The translations under genes and the position numbers were made by a program. A model generated the notes under the pieces. The model did no database searches. It was not told where the DNA came from and saw only the letters and a list, made by a program, of their open reading frames with translations. DNA of 63,155 bases, the filler included, from Asterionella formosa (taxonomy: Eukaryota): assembly GCA_002256025.1 (NCBI GenBank). It is 16 parts of 16 records of this genome, joined end to end, with 100 filler letters (N's around TTAATTAATTAA, not from the genome) between each part and the next. Parts side by side here need not be neighbours in the genome. Positions count along the whole stretch, not along the records: positions 56,934 to 58,941 come from NKIB01000648.1; positions 59,042 to 61,048 come from NKIB01000649.1; positions 61,149 to 63,155 come from NKIB01000650.1; 13 more parts are not named here. One strand, written 5' to 3'. Of the stretch, positions 56,934 through 63,155 are shown one piece after another (the stretch's first letter is position 1; every line of letters starts with the position of its first letter).

Positions 56934-58941
56934 ACAGCCCTCGAGATTCCGCTTCCACATTTATCCTGGTACCAAGGATCACACACACCACCTTGAGGAC
57001 AGTGGCCATGAGCGAAATCCCCCGATAGTTGTTCATATCAGCCAAGTCCCCTTTCTTAGGTATTGAGACGACCAGTGACTCAGCCCATGACTGGGCCACC
57101 AGTCCCCTCTCATACGCAAAGTTGAGTAGGGTTCCTAGTGAGTCCGTCATTGGAGTGGATGGTGGCGGGGTGGGCTCCTCTTCCCGATAGTTTTGAAGGT
57201 GGGAAAGTAGGGCCCGTTCCTCCGCCAAACATGCCTGTAGCAGTTCAGTGGGTATCCCGTCACCGCCAGGAGCACGATGGCTCTTCATCTTCCTCAGGGC
57301 AGTCCAAATATCGGAGGTTGTGAAGGGTTCGTCCAGCGAACGGATCCCCTCATTTGCCTGTGGTTGCGGGTCAAATTTCTCCCAATATTGGGCCTCCTGG
57401 CTATGACCGGTTTCATCTGCTGCTAGAGAGGCATAGTGCGCTCCCCAGGCCTGATGAATATCAGTCAAAGCTGTCAGCAGGCGTCCATCCGGGTCAAGGA
57501 CTGGTTGGACCCCTGCGATGCTGCTCTTCTGGCGCCATCCTGCAGTCGCTGAGGCCCACCGCCAATAATGGCGAGGTTTCTCGCGCATATTGACATGAGC
57601 CTCCCTAATTGCCTTATACCATGCCCGCCTACCCGAGAGGCGGATCACCTTCTGCGCCCTCTCTTTGGCAGCCTTGTACATGTCCCCAAGCCGTGCTGCA
57701 TCTTCACGGTCTCCTCGCGACTCCGCCCTCCGGGTTTCCCGGAAGATCCTCCTTCGGGTCTCAATCGCCCGACGTACCTGTCCTGTCACTCTTGGTGGGT
57801 TTAGTCCCGCCACCCGTTGGTGGAGGTTCAGGTCCTCTGCCACCTGGTGACATGTTGTAGTGAACTTCTTGGCCATACCATCCAACCTTTCCTGGTGGTA
57901 ACTGGTGGGGTTTTCAAGTGAATGTGAACACTCGATTACATCCTCCAGTTCCTCCTCCAGCGAGTCAGCTAGTGGCTGCCAATAGTTACTACTAGCCACG
58001 GTTACTTTGAGCTCCTTCTCCTCCATCACAATCCGCCGGTACAGTGATTCCGGCCGTGGTGGGGCAATCCCCATCTCTGGGATTCTGGTAAGCCCAGGTA
58101 GGTCCGCAACAACTGGGAAGTGGTCCGAAATATCCCATGTGTCGAGGACCCTGGCAGGGGGGACAGCCGCCACTGTGTCACCACAATATGTGATGAAATC
58201 AATGGCAGGTGTTGGCTGTCCCTCCCGCCGGCTTTGGCGAGTGGAGGCCCCCCCTCGGATGGGTAACACCCAAAAGGGAAGCCGCCACGGTCCCATCAGA
58301 ATCTGCAACTCCGTCATCTTCATGTTGAAGTCTCCCATCATCACAATGGGATCTTCTGGAAACTCCCGATGCAGAGCGTCCAAGGCTCGGGGCAGGGCCC
58401 TGAGCACTCGGATGCGATCTGCTCTGCATGGGACATAAATTGTTCCCACAAGAATAGGCCTCAAGAGGGTGGCCCCATAGACTCTCGCAAAAGTCCAAAA
58501 TGGTGTGGCCTTACCAACTGGGGTACAGTTGAATTTGGTCGACACCAGTATTGCCACACCTCGCTGCGACGCTGTCAGGTCCCCCATTGCTGTGAGGCAA
58601 TGGTAACCTGGCAAACGAAGCTGCCAATCCGTTGATCGGAGCAGCGTCTCCTGCACCGCCATAACATCACACCGGGTTTGTTGCAACAGAAACCGAAGAT
58701 CGGTTTTTTTCCGCTGCAGCCCGTTGATGTTAAGGGTGCCCACCACCAGTGGTGCCCCAAAGCCATCTGGTGGTATCGTGGGCGTTGGGGATCCGGGTGG
58801 GTTTATCTGAGCACCTGCGGCCGCAGGTGCCAAGCTTGGTCCCACCCTCTCCAAATACGGTATGTGGTGTCGGAAATACCACCCATACCGCGCCTTTCCA
58901 GGTTCCATCTTCCCCAAGAATGTAGCAACATAGGCGCTTGT
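56934..58941 (-). mobile_element. Non-LTR retrotransposon (LINE) ORF: APE endonuclease and start of RT, partial at both ends
   Basis: APE motifs TLNINGL, AVQET, GDFN, IDFI and SDHFPV. RT motifs APGGDGIP and IPKKGD...NYRGISL. Frame is open across the whole contig. Confidence 0.93.
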
Positions 58942-60021
58942 NNNNNNNNNNNNNNNNNNNNNNNNNNNNNNNNNNNNNNNNNNNNTTAATTAATTAANNN
59001 NNNNNNNNNNNNNNNNNNNNNNNNNNNNNNNNNNNNNNNNNCTAGCCCTCCGACTGTCTAGTCGACAAGACGCCAGCAGAACAATCAACTCCTCAAGAGA
59101 TCTTTCCGCGTATGCCATGGTTGCGATATTAGGGCATGCAAACAAAAAGTAAAAACAAAATTTTATATATAAAGTATATTTGTATAAATAAAATATTCAT
59201 ATTATAATAATCGTAGAATTTTGAACTCGGCATCAGATGTTGATCCTCCTCACGGAATGAAATGATCTGTGGATGGCATTACTTCTGCTCATCATCACAC
59301 AGCCATCATGCACATAATATGAATACCGGAACATACATATCACGTGGAGTACATGTTTACCCGCAGTAAATACCCTGCTGGAAGGCCCGGCAAAGGAGAT
59401 ATTTAGCTTTGTCTTTGCATAAGTAAAAACGTATTTTGCCGGACCTTCCTGTAGATCCTGCAATTATTATGTAGACCTCTGCTACCAGTGCTTGGTAACT
59501 TGTTCGTATCAAGTACTCCTGCCAGTCTACCGTAGTGTCCAATTCTGTTCAAAACAAAGTTATTGTGAATTGTTCAACTCTATGAAAAAATGCGCAATCG
59601 TCAGTGACTTCAATTTTCGTTGTCAGTATTAGTGTTCCTACAATAATTCTTTTACAATTGTATCACCCATGTCATGCGACTTCATAGATGGTGTACAAAT
59701 TAGGAAAGAATCATCCTTAATTTTCGTGGAGATGTTTGCTATTTTAGTCATGGTCAAGGCTGAAATGACAAAATGAGCATAGTTGGTATGTATGATGATG
59801 CTGGTAGTTCCGAATTTCAATGCCCAATGGCTTGTTCGAAAATGTAGATGAAGGTGCATAGGTTGTTTTCATCATGTTGGCTGGCGAAAGAGGACAATTT
59901 TGAGTTTGGAGAGAATAACGCAAAGTTTGCTTACTTTTGTGTACTACCGGTAGTCATCATTGTCATTTTCTTTTTTACCATACTGGTAAGTCGTGTTACA
60001 CATGATTTCAACCAGTGAATT

Positions 60022-60740
60022 TTGCCTCGCTTTCCCATAAACATGAGTCAGGCAGGCCAGCATCAAAAAGAAGATCATGATGAGGTGGTTGCCGCTATAA
60101 AAGCAATTCCATTCCACAAATGCACCGCATACAGAAAGCTGGCTTCAGCATTTGCCAAAATCCACAGTAAATTATATCGCAAGAGACAACTGACATGGGA
60201 TATCATCTGAGCACATACAAATGCCCTCCGTCCAAAGTTGACAGAGGAGTGTAAGAATAGTTTGTTTTTATGTTGCGTCAATCATCTACGATTGAATCAC
60301 CCAGATCAACTTCACCGTTCGCCTGAAGTGGCTTTTAACCCAGCTAAGTTTGGGCTTTGTGACGGCTTTTACAAGCAGGTTCACGTGGATGAAAAATGGT
60401 TTTAAGTTCAGGAGGTTAAACAGTGATTATACTTGACTGAGGAAGAGAGGGGCCCAATTTGCAGGACCAAACACAAGGATCATATTGAAAATGTAAAGTT
60501 CCTATCCACTGTTGCTTGTCTCAGATATGACGAAAGTCGAGTGTGTACATTTGATAGAATTATATGGTCCTTCATTCAGCAGACTCTGGTGCTTAGGAAT
60601 TTCTTAAACTGACCAGATGGGATAATGATAACAACAAATATAGCAGTAACAAAACAGGGCTATGCAAATGTGGTAATTAACAATGTGTTACTGGCAATTT
60701 GGGAGAAACAGCCGCCAGAACATGATGAACATTGTGGTAC
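60022..60740 (+). pseudogene. Decayed mariner-like (plant/oomycete type) transposase
   Basis: Fragments AIKAIPF..C..RKLA, LRPKLTEE, QVHVDEKWF*, KHKDHI..VKFLSTVA..RYD and VLLAIWEK, broken by stops and frameshifts. Confidence 0.8.
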
Positions 60741-61148
60741 CACCATCATGCAATGCATGTTCTCCTGTTGTTGTCCCCATAACGTGTACTGGCTGTGGCA
60801 CACCATTCATATGAATTCTTAAATTAAATATTCTGGTACTTCCCAGATTTCTTCATATGGAACAAAAACCAAATTAAATCCAAAGAGGATATCTGTAATT
60901 ACTCCATTTGTAAATATTCCCTATCTCTGGTGTGATGCAACTAAGTAAGCTAGATTTCAAAATTTATACCAGTCAATTTCTCACTTATTTCCCACAATGA
61001 CTTGGCTTTGTTCATATCAAGAGCAGTCTCGCCAACACTTTTAGCCTTNNNNNNNNNNNNNNNNNNNNNNNNNNNNNNNNNNNNNNNNNNNNTTAATTAA
61101 TTAANNNNNNNNNNNNNNNNNNNNNNNNNNNNNNNNNNNNNNNNNNNN

Positions 61149-62222
61149 AACAGCAGAAGATGTAGTGGACATGCCGTAGTTATGAGGCAACCCTTCATCC
61201 ATTAGTTTGGTAACAACTCCTTGTTGCGGTGATGGTAGTGGATTGCCCATACTAAGGGTAGTTTTACTACAATCAGCTTTTGTTTTGGATGGTGGAACTT
61301 TAAATCCACCCCATTTTCGAATGGATCCTTTAGGAGTAATTGTACTATTGGTTGTCAGTAATGGTGATGGTGATGGCGATTGTTGTTGTTGTAAATAATG
61401 TGACTTTGGTCTTGGCAATTGTAGTACACGTTGTTGTTGCTGTTGTTGTGTAGGAATGGTAGGAGAAGTCGTACTTTTAGGATTTTTCCATGAGCCGGTA
61501 GCCATTGTACTTCCAGGTGATGGAAATGATGGACTAGGTTTACGTAATGTTGGAAGAGACAATGGATGTTTGTGCACTGACAATGATGATGATAGTGGCA
61601 TCAAAGGAATTGTACCAGCAACTGATTTCAATGAAATGGGAGATTGTCGTTCCACCACAACAACAGCCAATGGTGGAGTCTTGGTAATGGAAGAAGGAAT
61701 ACTGCCAGTGATAGTAACAGGAGGTTTCTTACTGGTCAAAGTAGTATTAGTATTAGTAGTACTAGTACTAGCACTAGCAGTCATTGGTGCAAGTGGAGGA
61801 GGAGGTTTGGAAGCTGCTGTCGTACCGGTAGTAGCAACAGAAGCTGTCGGGATTGAAGCTCTAGTAGTACCGATAGTAGCAGTAGCGTTGTAAGTGGTAG
61901 TACCGGTAGCATTGGTAGTAGGAGAGGTAGTACCGGTAGTAGACATGGGGGGAAACAAGGGTGGTGGCGCAGCTGTTGCTACAAACTGCGACGCAGCCTT
62001 CTTTCCACTACGAAGAAAGGAAGAGGCTGCATTGCTCAACATGGAAACACCCATGGCAAGGCTGTCCGGATATTCATCGTCGTCAATGTCATTGACATGT
62101 TCATTCTGATTCTGATTCTGATTCTGATTGCCGTTGCCTTGATGATGATACCGGTAATTGTCATGTTGCTGTTGCTGCAATGACAAGTCATCTTGACTAC
62201 CCAAGGAGGTGCGAGCCCACAT
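61149..62222 (-). CDS. Hypothetical low-complexity Q/T/P/S-rich protein, N-terminal part
   Basis: 358 open codons from ATG to the contig edge with poly-Q and NQ repeats. No folded domain seen. Confidence 0.55.
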
Positions 62223-62405
62223 GTTGTTCGAGGAGGATTCTTAGTCTAACGGTAATGATTGTGGCTACCGATGCGTACGCTGCAGTGCGTGGTATACCAG
62301 TACCCGTAGGATGGATTGTTGGTCTTGTTGCTGATTATGCTGTTGAGACCATGCATTAATTCGGATTCTCATGGAGATTGCAATTATTTTCAACCCGAGG
62401 GAGTA

Positions 62406-62680
62406 CAAGGTACCGGTACCACCGGTATTTACTTCGTTCCAAATATCGTAATGCCTACAGTAGCTGCTCTACCAGGTACTGTACCATGATACCGGGTACG
62501 TCCTGGTACTGAGGTTGTAGACGTGGTCTCCCGGTGCATCAAACCTGGTACCATGGTACCAGTATCTGGAATGACGGTACCGGTAATCATTTTACGAACG
62601 GCACCGTTACTACCGGTACGTGGTATACCTGGTAACTTCAGTTACCGTACTTTTAACTAGTGGTACCAGGTACCCTGGTA
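62406..62680. repeat. GTACC(A/T)G / GTACCG palindromic simple-repeat cluster (one of several)
   Basis: Dense GGTACC, ACCGGT, CCAGGTAC and CCTGGTAC. Similar clusters near 6920-7035, 7258-7280, 21076-21105, 31890-32030, 45158-45350, 45793-45830 and 46391-46725. Confidence 0.8.
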
Positions 62681-63155
62681 TTGTATATCATGTTGTTATT
62701 CAGCCACGCACACTGGCACCATGACATGAGCTTCAAGGTCGTCCCTTCCTGTCACTAACTGTGAAGAATAAAATAACAAACGATAATATCAACCTTGCAT
62801 GATGATACAGCCACAGATTCCTGGCTTTTTTAATCATCATTTGCTTCACTGCAAAGTTCCAGGACTGATGGACTTGACAAGAAGAAAGGAGCTGTATCAT
62901 CAATGTCATCAATGTTTAATGATGAATCGATCCTTTCACATGATGAACTCACTTTAGCATGTAAAATGAACTATAAGAAAACACATCGATAGTACTAGCT
63001 ACGTGCTTAGAGCTACATGTTTCTGAACTAGTTTCACTAGAATTACATCGGAATGAAATGGACATTTATGTGCTTTACTATAGGTCCACTGAAAATTATG
63101 GCTGAAGCAAATGGAACACAGCCATTATAAAGAAATGATTGAATTACTCACACTT

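Noticed and set aside
61456..62109. Val/Gly-rich plus-strand ORFs resembling membrane proteins
   Set aside because: Antisense shadows of the Thr/Pro-rich minus-strand ORF.

Overview
Eukaryotic DNA, most likely a diatom (inferred from short GT-AG introns, bipartite plastid targeting and diatom-type copia elements). It is not one locus. It is 16 contigs joined by 15 artificial 100-bp linkers (N44-TTAATTAATTAA-N44): fifteen ~2.01-kb contigs in descending size order plus one 31.5-kb contig (6335-37852). Adjacency is meaningful only within a contig. Recognisable genes: RPS19; two allelic copies of a GlmS-like SIS protein with a membrane hairpin; STI1/HOP; a GcvH-like protein without the canonical lipoyl motif; an SLC35B/UAA nucleotide-sugar transporter; two tandem soluble adenylyl-cyclase-like genes (cyclase-cyclase-STAND ATPase-TPR); a probable thylakoid-lumen protein; and an LRR gene joined to CBP-TAZ and ARM fragments. 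Mobile DNA is abundant: three near-identical copia integrase segments with a Tudor-like extension, an RT-deleted copia 3' end, a LINE ORF, decayed pogo, mariner and MULE-like transposases, and several non-autonomous TIR elements, one carrying a host gene fragment. No rRNA, tRNA or CRISPR array was seen. No single novel multi-gene system is demonstrable. The best leads are the cyclase pair, the membrane SIS protein, the integrase extension and the gene-fragment capture/chimera cases. All homology calls are by-eye motif recognition, not database results.
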